Source: Harriotta raleighana (lineage: Eukaryota). From it: a stretch of 64,000 nt of DNA. The notes beneath the pieces are model-generated. The model had not been told where the DNA came from. It searched no databases and worked only from the letters and a program-made list of their open reading frames with translations. Below, piece after piece: positions 50,182 through 64,000 of this stretch (position 1 is its first letter; each line of letters starts with the position of its first letter). The stretch spans positions 7,635,156 to 7,699,155 of the forward strand of contig JBNZDD010013726.1 of assembly GCA_050575255.1 (NCBI GenBank). The letters are read 5' to 3'. The position numbers were made by a program, and so were the translations under genes.

Positions 50182-53100
50182 GTAAGTGCAGTTTTGCTAT
50201 ACAAGCTGAATCCCAGAGATGACCCAGTAGGGTAGAGGAACGAGAGTTGTTCTCCTACAGAATGTTTGACTTGTTCTCTAATTTAGTATCCAAATGATAT
50301 ATTTGGGATACATTCATAAAATTGGATTAATAAAACGGATATGGATTTATTTTTGTATTTCTGGGTTTTTTTGTATTTCTGTTTGTTTTCACGTCCAAAT
50401 AGGCAAGCTGAAGTCGTATTGCTGTCATCTTAAATGTGGATGTATTTAATTTCTAAAAATTGAATTTACTTAATATGAGCCTGGAAATTGAGAATGGGAG
50501 CTATTAAGGAACATAATTGTTTTACAAGAGAAATCCCATTGGATAAATGCTGTCCTTGACCGAGTTTAGTTGCAACATTTTCTGTTTTGAAAGAGGGCTT
50601 GTTTCGCTATTCTGAAGATCATAAACTATCTGTGTAGTTCATAATTTACAGTCTATGAATTTCTGTTTGTTTCTCATATTACAAATGTTCTCTTATTTCA
50701 GCTAACGTAATAAGAATCTCAATCTCATCTGATTTCATGGATTCAATTCAATGTCACCGGGATAATTTTCAATCATTTATAAAAAGAAAGCTTGAATTAA
50801 TAATAAGCTTGTTGCCCCCAAAAAGATTGACTTCCATCTTTAGTATTTAGTACTAAACCAACACCTTAAGAAGCTCCTCGATTCAGCTAAAATGACAAAC
50901 TCATTAAACTAGATGCTAAATTATGATGAAGCAGGTTGGGAATTTGCACATGTCATGTCATGAGCAGCAGAGAATGAGTGAATTCTGATCATCTTTCGCA
51001 CAGATAAAGGAAAGCTCAAACACCTTGTCAGTGGTGTGAGGAGCTTATGCTATGAATCTAGTTTTATACATTGGAGCATGTCATGTGGTGCAGACAGTGA
51101 GGTGATAATTAATTGCAGCTGCCATTTTTATTTTTACTGCAGTTAATTATCAGATGATTAGATTCTGGGTTTCTGACCAGTGCCAGAGGACTTAAAAAAA
51201 TAAATTCAGCACTTTGTTAGTCTGCTAATATATTTTCAGATTTTACCCTCTTTTGTTTTGCAGTACTGCCTTTAAATTAGATTACATCTAATACACTTGC
51301 TGCTGAGATGTAAGGCTGAGATTGTTGCTTTCTTTGAATCTGTAACATTTGCTGGAATTGGAACAATTTCTTAAAACTACAAGTCAATCCTTTTCCCACT
51401 ATACTGTTCCTTGTGCTATTGATTGAATTGCTGAATGAGCCAAATTAATTGCAAATAACCTTTTTCATTTCAAAATAATTTGGTTTTAATCAATGTTTCT
51501 AGTTTCCATACAATAAGGCGCTATATCAGATGTATTTTTTTTTCTTTTGTCCAAGCTGGAAGTGTTCAAAACAAAAGATGCAGATCTTAGATAAAGGTGC
51601 ACATGTACTTTTATCTAATCTCAATTTTGTCCCAATTCACTATACATTTGTATGTAGTGNGATGTATTTTTTTTTCTTTTGTCCAAGCTGGAAGTGTTCA
51701 AAACAAAAGATGCAGATCTTAGATAAAGGTGCACATGTACTTTATCTAATCTCAATTTTGTCCCAATTCACTATACATTTGTATGTAGTGTTCCGTTATA
51801 GTTGATTTTGAAGTGGGAGCACATATATGTAGGACGATTTGTANGTTCCATTATAGTTGATTTTGAAGTGGGAGCACATATATGTAGGACGATTTGTAAT
51901 ATCTGTGAATCTATGAATTTTACCCCTTTGATTCATCAGTTTACTCTTCCAGAAATGGCAGGGTCTATTTAAGAATAAAATGGTTTGAAGATGCATTTTT
52001 ACCCATAAGACTAAAAGTGACTGATCAAAAAGTATTACTTGGAAGAGTTAACAGTTTCAAGACAATTTCACTCAAGTCTGTCGTTTTTGATAAATCTACA
52101 ATTTTGCCAAATCTAAAAAAAACACATTCAATTTGATTGCTTCTGAGAACATGTCTTTCGAAACATGGTTTCTGAGAGCGTTGACATTATCACTGTGCTC
52201 ACAAACCTAATACACAAATAAAACTAAATAGAAGCTGGCAGCATTTGTTGAACCACTAGGGTATTGAATGCCTGACCATACTGTTTTTTTGAAAACCATT
52301 ATAAAATCAGTTCATTTGTTTTGTGATGAGATTTGACAGCAGGATCATTGCCTTTACAATGATTCTGTGTAGCCAGCGCTTTTATTTTAAGACCAAAACA
52401 GTTTGTGGAAATAGCACTGTAATTACTGTACTATGGTGGATATGACTTCAATAAATGATCTAGGTGTTTGTTTCACATTTGCTTCTAAGACATGCTGCCT
52501 ATTCTGATATATGGGGGCAAAATCAAGCTCTGGGTTTATTACTTTCTAAGTTGAAACAATTTCTATTGAGCTGATGGTTGTAATTTGGCTCTGACTGTCT
52601 CTTTGAAAAAATCAGAATTGTTCCTTTTGGCCCTGTTCTAGCTTACGTTGAAAAGGCAATTAGTGCATTGCAAACAGCAGAGCAAAGTATCTATCCTTTC
52701 CAAAATAAACGGTCTAGTTGCATTTTTTATCTCTTTTTGGGGGAGTGAGCAATCTTGCTCTTCACATATTTGTTTTGAGGATTTGAAACAATTATTTTTT
52801 TAAAAGAGGGGAAATGTAAAATGCGCATTCTACATCTGAAGATAGTTTCATATTCATGTAGTCAAAAGAATATTCTATTCAAATACCTGTAATTACTTAT
52901 TCGGCAAGCTTGTCACTCATCTTAAAGGGTGGTATATTTACAGTATTGTCCATAACAATACTGATCTATGGTTTCATTGCGCTCTCAATCAGAGGAACAT
53001 TGATCAATATGTAAAGTAAGGGTATTCAAGAATATGGAGAAAAGTTTTAAATATCTGCCATGATAAAATAAAATAACAAAACTTGCTCGCTGGGCTGAAT

Positions 53101-56100
53101 GGCCTTTGCTTTTCCTATTTTTCTGTAGTCAAAAGACTACAGTATATTGTAAGTTTGTTTCCATTTCATTTCCATTTGGCTTTCAGTGTTTGCTGAATAA
53201 TTTGCGGAATTGTTGATATTTCACTACTTATCACATTATCAACATTGAATCATTTTTTTAAAAATAAAAAGAGGATGTGAGATTAGTCCTTTCTCCTTTC
53301 CCCACTATTTTGGTGTCAGCAAAAACATACCTTTCAGAAATCAGATTTTTATCCATATAAATGTGAATATTTATTATGCAGATTATGTTCAAATCATAAA
53401 CCTTGTACAGGATCAAATGATGTTACTGCTACATGGCCCACTTACTCCAAGGTGACATCAGTCTTATTATTGTCCTTTATATTTAGATTGTGACCTGAAT
53501 CTCTGCTTTTCTATTTTTTTTCAATCACCAGTTCAGTCCATTATGTAGTGAGGATAATAAATAACAGCTGTTAGCTAAAAGGCAGCATTTAGACATTCTA
53601 ATAACATTCCATCAGTAGAATACTAAGATCAAATTACTATGTTAATATTACTACCAGACGTTGTATTAATAAAACTGTTAGAAGTCTGTATTTAATACCT
53701 ATGTGGTGGCGATAACAGAGATAAGGGAGAAAATGTACAACATTATGTAACTCGTATTAGAGCAACTTCTAGTTGAATACAAATAATTTAACTGTAATAT
53801 TACAGTACACAGTATTGTATATTGGAGTCACTACATTACATGATGATCTGTTGTGTTGCTGGAATAGTGATGTGCATCTTGCCCTCATCTTCCCAGTTTA
53901 TAAATTTCTTTGCGCACAAACACAACAATATAGAATTTTTACATTTCCCTGGACAATTGTGTATACAGCAAGCTTCTATTCTAGCATGACCTATTTAGTT
54001 TCAATCAAAGGTTAGTCTATTGGGAATTGTAATACATAGCAATTAGGCCTCATTTCTACTACAAAACTTAAATATAATTCAATCATTTGGCTCCATGATA
54101 GTGTGCTTTTATTTTAAAAAAACTTTTCCTCCATTTGTTCCTATGAAAACAATTATCATTCAGTGGGGGAGATGAGAGAGTTGAAGGATGAAGATGGCTA
54201 ATGTTCATAGTGCTCCGATTGGTGTACATAGGTTAATATAGCTCGATTGGCAAATTTATTATTACTTGAAATTATGATTTTGAGTAGAAGACACTGTAAC
54301 AAAAAATCATAGCTGTAAAATGTAAGGCTGGACAACTGATCATTTGATTTCTGTGTGTACCAAATGTAATGCATAAAATTAACAACAGGCTTGGAGAAGA
54401 GTGCAAATTGCAGACGTAGGTTGCTAAGCAAATGTTATTTTCACATAGCTGCTTTCATTTGTAGGGCATCTGCTCTCTGTTCTTGAACAATAGGTCTCCA
54501 TTTATAAGTACAGTCAGGATATGTGGTAATTAATAGTGGGATAGCTTAAATTGTTTAATTTACATATAAACAAGAAAAATGCACATATCACGACTAATTG
54601 TGTTTTTTGTGGTTATATTTGATCTTACCAACATTGAAGGGTAATGGGGCACAGCCATAAAGTGTTCAGTAAACATGCTCTCTCTGACTTTTCCAGCAAA
54701 CAGCTAATCTTTCACTACCTTAAGCAGAATGAAAGGAATCTTTGAGAAATCTCTGGAGCTTTTAAAATGCATCTATTGAAAAAGTGAATCTTAATTTTGC
54801 ATAACATATTCATGTAAATATATTAAATGGATTGAAATCCCCTATCCTTTTACCATTTCCTCTCTTCCCCACCTGAAACACCTGATACAATTCTGTATGA
54901 AAGGCGGGTGAGTAAACCTGCTCTCTCTTAATTTGAAGGTCAGCGATGCTGCATTGAATGTAGAGAGAGTCATTTCAATGAAGAACTAGGTGTTATTAGC
55001 CAATAAAGTGCCTGAGTGTAGGTGACCAAAGCAGCCATTTTGTGCACAACAGAGTCCCATAAAGAACCAAGTGGTGAACGATCAATTTATCTGGAAGATT
55101 GTTGGCTGTCAAGTTACCTTGTAACCATCAGGGTGTATCCTTGTTGAAACCTTTTTAGGTCTCCAGAGCTGCTACAGAGGTTTATGTCACATGTCTATGT
55201 GTGCTGCAAAGAGACTCTATTTTTAATGAGAGCCAGCACTGCTTATTGGCACAATGTTTGATCAGGAGATGGCTGATACTAAGGAAAAAACGTTACCTAA
55301 AATGTGATACTCAAAGACAACAACAACATGTAGTTTTGCTGCCTATTAGCTATGAAATGTTTTTTTTTAAAACCTCTTTAGTTCCAGTACAGGTTCAAAT
55401 GAAATGTTTCTCTTTGGCCTGGCTTCCCCCATAACCAGAGTCACAAGAGGGAAGATGAGACCTGAAATCATAGGTTTATGTAAGGATAAAAATAACCCCC
55501 TAAATATGAGGATATGTAATAAGGTTTGGCAATTGTTGCTTTAAGAAAAACAAGTGAGCTGGGGTACATTGTGTAAGGAAGATAATCCTTGACCTTCTCC
55601 AATGAAAATTTTCACAAATTACTTCTGTTAGATTGGATTGGACAAGAAGACAATCCTAATATTATCAACACTTATTTTTTTTCCCAATGACACCTGTATA
55701 TTTTTCAAATTGCGCTAAACCATGATGAGGCACAGAGCTAGAATGTTCTCAATGCTATTGACATAAAAGGATTTTCAAAGTCATTTGATAGTTATTAATT
55801 AGCCCATTCATTGATTGGAAATTGTTAAAAATGCATGGACGTGGGTTGAGCTGCATAATATGAAAATAGCCTCCCCCCCCAACACCCACCCCTCTTCCCG
55901 CCCACGCTTATTGGAAGCCACTGCCAATGGAACCTCTCACTATTGTGTTGCATGCCAAAGTACTGTATGCAGATTCTCTCAGGATGTTTTAAGACTTTAA
56001 TTATTGCAGAAAAACAGAATTGGCTATGGATTTGCTAATACAGCATTACAAATGCCCTTGAGAAATGACCTGCATTTTGGATAGCTTCTTTGATGCATGC

Positions 56101-56444
56101 ATTTTTAGAGATATATTCATGAAATAAAGTACTTCAAAGGATTTTAATTACTCAGCTTTGCCTTTAAAGGACATGCGTTTGGACTCATTTCCTTGTAGCA
56201 TTTTGCATTAGTTCTACATAAAAGTGGATCTTTGGGAAGAAAACTAAATGCAGTGAAAAGTATCCCAACCAATACAATAATTAAATCATTTTATATATTA
56301 TAATATAGTAATAATAAATGGGAAACCTAGTCTTCTGACTATGTAATGAATTATTTTCTCTGATCTACAAAACACTGGAGTGTTTGTTGAAGTTTATCTT
56401 TATTGTTTGAAATGTGCAAATATTATGTCTATTTTCTGCTGCAG

Positions 56445-56672
56445 GTGGAAGTTAAGCCATATGTCCTGGATGATCAGATGTGTGACGAATGCCAGGGTGC
56501 ACGCTGTGGTGGAAAATTTGCCCCGTTCTTCTGTGCCAATGTTACCTGTTTGCAGTATTACTGTGAATACTGCTGGGCAAGCATACACTCGCGCGCTGGC
56601 AGGGAATTTCACAAGCCCCTCGTGAAAGAAGGAGGTGATCGCCCGCGCCACGTCCCCTTCCGCTGGAGCTGA
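56445..56672 (+). CDS. CPEB3: CPEB3 last coding exon, ZZ-type zinc finger: VEVKPYVLDDQMCDECQGARCGGKFAPFFCANVTCLQYYCEYCWASIHS...RHVPFRWS*
   Basis: Acceptor ctgcag|, Cys/His ligand pattern, and the CPEB3-type C-terminus VPFRWS followed by TGA. Confidence 0.98.
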   Translation: MEVKPYVLDDQMCDECQGARCGGKFAPFFCANVTCLQYYCEYCWASIHSRAGREFHKPLVKEGGDRPRHVPFRWS

Positions 56673-59600
56673 ACCATCTTATAATCACCGACACGTACTG
56701 GAGCGCAGAGCGCTGCCTCAGGGCTGAGAGGGTTCTGGAAATTGGTGCATTCTTCCTCAGATAAAGAATGTTTTTGTTTTTGTTTAAAGTCACTGAACTC
56801 ATCCAAGATTGTCTGGTATATAAAAATTTTAAGAGTATCTGTAATGACTCTGCACTTTGGCTCGCAAACATCTGCTTGGGTACCTTTGTTTGTTCAATAT
56901 TGGACACTGCATTGTGATTTACAATTAGTAGCTGATATCCCGTCAGCCACTGCCAGCTTGGCACTCATGTGACTGTTTCCTGTGAAAGGAACATGCACTT
57001 ATTTTCAGAAACTTAGACTTGCCCCTAGAAGACTTACCAAAGGTAACACACTGTAGGTGGCATATGTAGCAAACATTCTTCTCAAATATTCAGCAATTCT
57101 AATTTTGGGTCATTTAGAATACCAGTTACCCTAAAATAAGCCTTTTTTTGCTCTCCATTTTGACTTGCAAGATTAATACCTCATAAGCTCAATCTGATTT
57201 TGCTGGGGTTTTTTTGGTTAGGTCTATGTTAGTGTTATGTAAATGTATGCTGCAATAGCTTTTGCTGCTATATAAATGGTATTGCAGATACCACAGTACT
57301 TTATTCAGGCTAGGGTTATAAATAAATGTGGAGCATAATGCTGCTGGAAAGATGCAGTATAGCATGGAGAGGCTCCACGGGAGGGTCAGTAGTTTTGGAC
57401 TGCATGTTTACTTATCCAGGTTGCTGCATGCAATAAATTTTGTGTATCATGTCTCTTATATCTGCTGACAACCTGCCCATCAGTGCACAAAAATAATTAT
57501 GTAGGCTACAAAAAAAAACATCTCCGTACAAAAGAGAATTGGCTAATCCTGAGGAAAGCTTGCCTCAGTAATGTAAATGCTTATGGAGTTTGAATCTGTG
57601 TCCGTTAAAACATTACAGATATCACAAATACTTAACTAGATGTAGGATATCTTGAAGTTATGTTGATGGTAGGTGAAGTACTCTGCGGTGATCACTTATT
57701 GTGCAATTTTTATATAGTAAGGTGATTATGTATAGTACTGTGATAAAGTTAACCGTTGTAATGTCTGACATAGAAGTATGTGATGCTTCATAACCAGTGT
57801 ATAAACAAGTGAGCTCAGTTAAATTTCTCTGCTGCTTGCACCATTTACATAGCTTCAGACCTTGTCCAGAAAACCAAAGAGCTCATACACTACCAATATA
57901 TTTGTCGGACTGACAAGTAGGCACATTAGGAAAGGAAACTAATGCAAAAGAACTGTCTGCACAAAGTCAAAATGGAGATGTCTGCTTTCTGGTTCAGAAT
58001 AAACTCCCCAATCCCTGGGTATATCCTGCAAAGCTTGAATTCTAATAAGATCTGCTAATTAGTGGACATTTTTTAGCATGTACAGTGGAGTGGGGCTGCA
58101 GATTTCAACCAAACACAGGCAACAAGTGTACCAACAGTGGGGTTTGTACACAGTAACCTTCAGCAGCTCTGGGGACAATCTGACTGGATATGACACCGCA
58201 TAGTAGATTTGATACTAATTGTTGAGTCATTTGTGTGTTGTGATGTCCTGTTTATGTCCAGTAAGTCTTTATTTTCCTTTTTAGTTTTCTTTTCAGTGTT
58301 TAGTTGCAAGTATTGGCATTGAAATGGATTTTTTTTGAAAAAAGAAAAAGAAATTACTTTTTTACTGGTAAATCGCTTATTATCCCTTTGGAGGTTACTT
58401 CTGGGCTTTTTGTGATATTGCTTTCCTGCCCAGGCATGTTTTTCTATGTTTTTTCATTATCTGTATAAGACATTTGTTATGCACTACTTTTTGTATCTGG
58501 ACGGTTTTCAACAGTCAGCTGATTTTTTAAGCGTGCTTTCTGACTGACATGATCTTTTGCAATACCTCAATTTTGAAATATAGGAAAGAAATTGATATTT
58601 TCTAAGTAAGTTTATTCTAAAAATATATATTAATTTAATTCTGCAAGGAAATGATTTAACAGATGGGTAATTTTATTTTTTTCATGCTTATTTGCTTTTT
58701 TGGAAATTGAAGGAGCTAGAGCTTTATAACTTTAATATGGAGAATTGTAGTTAGCTACAGTACAAGACTTTAAAAAAAAATCTACCTAAATGTGGAAAAG
58801 TGAACATTTATAAACAGTTTTCCCCTTCTTCGTATAGTTTAATGTATGAATTTAAAAGCTGGAATGTAAAGAAATAATTAAACGGCTTGGGATAGACACA
58901 ACTCCATTGGTGCTGGAAGCTGTTAGTAGGACGTAAAAATTAAAATATTTTTCACTTAATTTGTGTATTTATCATTAATCCTTTAAGTACGACTGACCAG
59001 AATTGTGAAAGAAATCTTCTGTTCATTATTTTTGTATGAATACCTTTTTATGTTAAGTTATAACAACATGCTCCCTTTTGTTAAATTATAACAAGCCCCA
59101 ATTTGTTTACTTGTCAATGAATATAAATGAGGTCCTTCAGATTGAGAATGTTATTTCTAAGATGTTCAAATTGTAACTTGACTAAGAGCCCCTGGTGCAT
59201 CAGGTCCATTTGTGGCCTTCTCTTGATGTTGGAGACTTGAATTAGTCAATTTTGAAGGCTAACTTAACCTCGACTCTTTGTTGTAATGTGCAATACTGTT
59301 TGTACTGTTTGTAAAAAAAACAAAAAAGCATAAATCTTTATCGCAGATTTATTTTCATTGCAAACTTTAGACATTGTGATTCACTAAATCATTTTTCTAC
59401 TGTCAAATGTGTACCTTTTCTTCATGCTAGTATTTTTTCAATAGTAACGTAGCCTTTGTACTGATACAAATATTCATTGTTATTTTTAGAGAGATTTTTG
59501 CTAAAAACCAGAGGATTTAAACATATTTACATATTTTTCATTTTTATTTAGTTATTTTTCTTTACAGACGGCTTTTCTCAACCATAAGTCATTTCGGGGA

Positions 59601-59680
59601 GAGACTTTCATATCTGGTCAATGTCATCAATATTATTTTGTATTTTTACTTGGAATAAATTAATTTTATGATGCTAATTC
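56673..59680 (+). other. CPEB3: CPEB3 3'UTR (end approximate; may extend to ~60700)
   Basis: AU-rich with no recognisable transposon. Contains CPE-type TTTTAT/TTTTTAT, miRNA seed matches and several AATAAA hexamers. Confidence 0.7.
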
Positions 59681-59710
59681 TTTAAAGTTTATTTTCAGTT
59701 TTGTTATTTT
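59654..59710 (+). terminator. Candidate major polyadenylation signal with downstream U/GU-rich element
   Basis: AATAAA at 59654-59659 followed by tttattttcagttttgttattttt. Confidence 0.55.
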
Positions 59711-62700
59711 TGGAGCTGAAACCTTTGTAATATTGTAACTAAAGTGTCTAGTTTTGAAATGCAAAGCTTCATGTATTAACTTGCTGAAGTGGTTTACAGT
59801 AGTGTGGTAATGACAAACGGCTGAAAATGTAGAGTGATTGACAATGTAATTGGATGAATGGGCAATAAACTATCAGAATGGAACAGACAAAATAATGTTG
59901 TGCTATTGTGAGGGGGAGGGGAAAATCCAAGTTGTATATGGGGAGTCTGTCTACCTGTTTTGCTGAGTGATAAGCCATGGAATTTCAGATGGGGAAATGC
60001 ATTTTTTGTTGTTGAGGCTGGTTTGTATGTAGCAACTTGTTTTTGTACTACTTTGTACACTAACTTGTTCCTTCTTTCTATTTACTAACCAAACTTTCCT
60101 CTCAGTCTCAGTTAGCTGCTACAGTGTTGAAAAATGCCACCAAGTATTTATAAATGCAAGCAATTACTATATACCCCAAATGGGTAGCTAGCCGGAAATT
60201 GTAGGTAAATGTGGTAATTCTGCAAATTTGTTTTGCACAAAATTCGTAGTAAATGCACCAATTTTAGTATTCAGTTAGTTTACTTAACATTAAGGTGCTA
60301 ATACTAAATAAACACAATATAGCCAAACTTTTCTGGACGTAGTTGTATTGGGGTATACAGTACAGGTATTTGTAACTTTGCTGTTAAATAATGGAAAACA
60401 TCATTTTTAGAGTGTTCAAAGCTAGGATGTCTGTGTTTGTTTCCAAACAAACTACTAATTTTAAATGTATCTTTTACTGTTCTCCTAGATTGTTTAGCTA
60501 GTACTCTTACACAGCATATACATTTTGGCTTGGACTGATGCTTGTACGGAACTGCAGTACTGTGACTAAACATGGAGCTCAATGCTGCTATTGCTTACCA
60601 ATGCTTAAGTTTGTAGTTTGGACTTTAATTTTTTCTGTACTAACAAGTAAACCTTATTAAACTTAGTTGTATGAATCAGTAACACTTGTCATGATTTTGC
60701 ATGATCATTGGCGACTGTTGGCATGATTTGCAACATTTATTAAAACCACAGAAGCCTACTGAAGTCTTGATTGGCTGAACACTAATAGCAAATCACATTT
60801 CCTCCCAAGGACCACTTGGATTATAAACAGCTGAACTTGCAAAACAGCACCATCTCCAGGAGGAACATTGCAATCATCTGCATCCAGTTACATGATTAAT
60901 ATTTACAATACTTTATTTCAAATAACAGAATCATTGCACCTAATTTTTCTAAAATAACAAGCCAATAAGCAGAATGAAAAAATTTTCAGCGGACGTGAAG
61001 ATCATAGATATTCTTTCATGTTCTTCAAGAATTATCGTCAAATAACTTGGATTTTTTTTTAAGAAAAACTTTCTCTTGTGCAGGTTCTCTTAAAAGGAAA
61101 ACACTTCCCCCTGGAGACTATATTTGAAGTTCCTTTCCCTATAGAACAACATTTCAGAGACAATGCTGCAATCATTCACATGCAGAGTAGTTTAGACCAT
61201 TGCCAAATGATATGCCAATATGGAATACATGAGCTGTATAACGGAACACATTAAGTTTGCACACTAAAGAATGGAAGGTATACATTTTTCTGAAGAATTC
61301 TATTTAATTTCCTTTTTGTTGCAAGAAAAAGCTCTTTTAAACAAAAATTCACTGAAAAATCTTGTTGGAATTTTAAAATTATTTTTCCTTATAAGAACAC
61401 TGAAATATTTAACACGACTCAATTTTAGCATATTTTTAGAGCTGCAATTATTTGACAGTTAACTACCCTGAAGTACCCTGACTGGAGGTTCATTATCCTG
61501 GCCAGCAATGGGTGAATTGATATTAAGCATTCGGTATTTTAATCACTGGTTCTGTGCACTGTTGAAATAGGAAAATTTATATTGTTTCATTCGAGCTTGG
61601 TGCCAATTATGAAATGGCATTTTATAGACCAGTTTTTCTGATTTTAATTGTAGAGAAAATTGCATTATCTGAATGAAATTGGATTCAAGAATCATTTCCT
61701 CCCAGCGTTCCGGTTAAGCAAATTGACTTACCAATGAGCCAAATTTTGATTTTGTGCTTACTGTTGCAGAAATTAATTGGTAGAATGACCAATTCAGATT
61801 TACCACTATTCATCTTTTATAGTTTTGTTTAAAATAAGTGAATGCAACACTTGGCACTCATTGGACTTGCTTATTGAAAGAGATGTGTAGTCATATTTTG
61901 GAAGACCATAAAGTAGATGCATAAAACAAATTCTTCATATGTGCATTATTTGGGGATCTATAAGATTTGCAGCACAAGCCTACTCAGACAAATGTCCCCA
62001 CTGCAACTATCCTTATTTGCCCTGCTCTCATATTTCCTATTACATATTAGTTTACAAGTCTATAGTGTGTGAAATAACTAAACGAAATACCAGGAAGCAA
62101 TGTGATGATTTATACAAACTACATGGACTAGATGGTAAGTTACTATGGCATGTTTATGTCTTGCTGCTCAAGTAATTCAGAGTACAAAACTGGATTTATA
62201 TTCCCCATTCCCAAATTGGACTTGTTGGTGGCAATCTATGTATCAGAAATTGAGTACAGTAACTGTATTTTGCAAAGGCCCACCAAACCAGGTTTCTTAA
62301 GGGTAAAAAGTTGTGCTGGAATATCAAAGGATTAGAATTGAACTTTTAGAAAGCATTTGGTATCACTTCACATTGAAGGTATTTAATCATATATTAAAAT
62401 AACTTATATTTATGTGCCCAGTGTTTGGCCACTTTCAAAGCATTATGCAATTCCAAACTCTTCCAAAGAGTGCGTGTGAAAGAGTTAGAATTTAATTACC
62501 ACAAGGTATACAAAAAACTTAAAAGTCTGATGTCAGACAAAAATACTTGGTACTAAAATCTACTTGGATCATCCTTTTTGATTAATCATTATTGCCCCTG
62601 CCCAACTTCTGAGTTGCAAATATTCAGTGGAATATAATTGCAGGGATGATATGAGCTGTTTTTGGAATGCAGCTGATTCCAATTGTAGATTGGATTAAAG

Positions 62701-63242
62701 TCGGGGGCTTTGTCTGCATTCAGGTTTATTTTTGGAATTTCCCTCGCCACTTTGTTATACAGCTGAATGGTTTTATCCCCTCTGAGAATACAATTCTATC
62801 ACTTCCCATTTGTTCTAAAATCTAGATGAGATGGTTAAGCAGTGTGTATCAGGTGTCATCTATTGCTTGTTTTTGAATGGATTGGTAGTTTTATTGTTTA
62901 TAAAAATAAATACCGTCTAGGTCAGTGGATTTGACTGATTTCAAACAATCTAATTCAAATTGAATTGAGCTGGTAAGACCAAACCATATGGGATGCAATG
63001 GCCAGTTAAGAGATTATATATTTCTTGCTGATTAAATTCACTCAAGTTCTGAATTAGTTTTGCCTCTCCATCTGTGTTTCTGTTCCAGTTTTACTAAACT
63101 GGATCAGAAATGCTAAGATCACCTTTGCCATATGTCCTTCCGTGGTGAGATGTTGCCCCAACTGCTTATTGGCAGCATTTTAGAAAGCAAAGCTACATTC
63201 AGTGTTGAGTTGAAGAGAAATGCTCTAAGCATTTAGATTTTA

Positions 63243-64000
63243 TAAGAACATAATTAGGAGTAGGCCATTTGGCCTTTTGAGCCTGCCCCGCCATTCAATC
63301 ATAGCTGATATTCCATTCTAACTCCAGCTACCTGCCTTATTCCCCTTATAGGCTTTATACCACTTAATCTCATTTACGGATGAGAAATCTATGTATCTCA
63401 GTCTTGAATATGTTGAAGGACTGAGCATAACATAGAGAATTCCATACATTCACTACCCTCTGAGTGAAGAAGTTTTTTCTCAACTCAGTGCGAAAGGGCT
63501 GACCCCTGACTTTAAGATTGTGACCCCCGGTTTTAGTTTCTTCAAACAGGGGACACATTCTCCCAGTGTCTACTTCNGACTTTTAAGATTGTGACCACCG
63601 GTTTTAGTTTCTTCAAACAGGGGACACATTCTCCCAGTGTCTACTTCGTCGTACCCCTTAATAATCTTATAGGTTTGACGTGAAAGGCGCTATAAAAATT
63701 TAATATTGATTGATATTCCAGAGAATATTGGCTCAAATGAATCAACCTATCCTCATAACTCATGCCCGATTCCAGATACTAACCTAGTAAACCTACGCTG
63801 TACTCCCTCCAAGGCAAGTACTGTACATCCTTCCTTAAATGAGACCAAAACTGCACACAGTATACCAGGTGCAGTCTCACCAGCCTATACAGCTGCTGCA
63901 AGACTTCCCTACTCTTATATTCTAACCCTTTCATAATGAAAGATAACATACCATTAGCCTTTCTAATTGCCTGCTGCACCTGCATACTAACTCTGTGTTT
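63243..64000 (-). mobile_element. Degenerate CR1 LINE (ORF2 C-terminus and 3'UTR) running off the window end
   Basis: Minus-strand peptides QVQQAIRKANGMLSFIMKGLEYKSREVLQQLY..LVRLHLVYCVQFWS and GHNLKVRGQPFRTELRKNFFTQRVVNVWNSL are characteristic CR1 ORF2 motifs. Frameshifted and interrupted at ~63677-63760. Confidence 0.92.

Overview
Eukaryotic (vertebrate) genomic DNA from a gapped draft assembly. The repeat content (DeuSINE-like tRNA SINEs, CR1 and L2 LINE relics, pogo-like MITEs) suggests a cartilaginous fish; this is inference. The window holds an essentially complete + strand CPEB3 gene: a CpG-rich promoter, a probable non-coding exon 1, 10 coding exons (ATG 6911 to TGA 56672) including a 24-nt microexon, two RRMs plus a ZZ zinc finger, and a ~3 kb 3'UTR with CPE and miR-92/miR-26/let-7 seed matches. 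A short first coding exon of a divergent gene, probably MARCHF5, lies on the - strand at 2623-2678 and shares the promoter. I found no canonical mammalian CPEB3 HDV-like ribozyme by eye; one degenerate look-alike at 11036-11123 in the orthologous intron is reported with caveats. Most ORFs in the track are spurious, and the duplications joined by a single N are assembly artefacts. Comparisons to mammalian sequences are from memory, not from a search.
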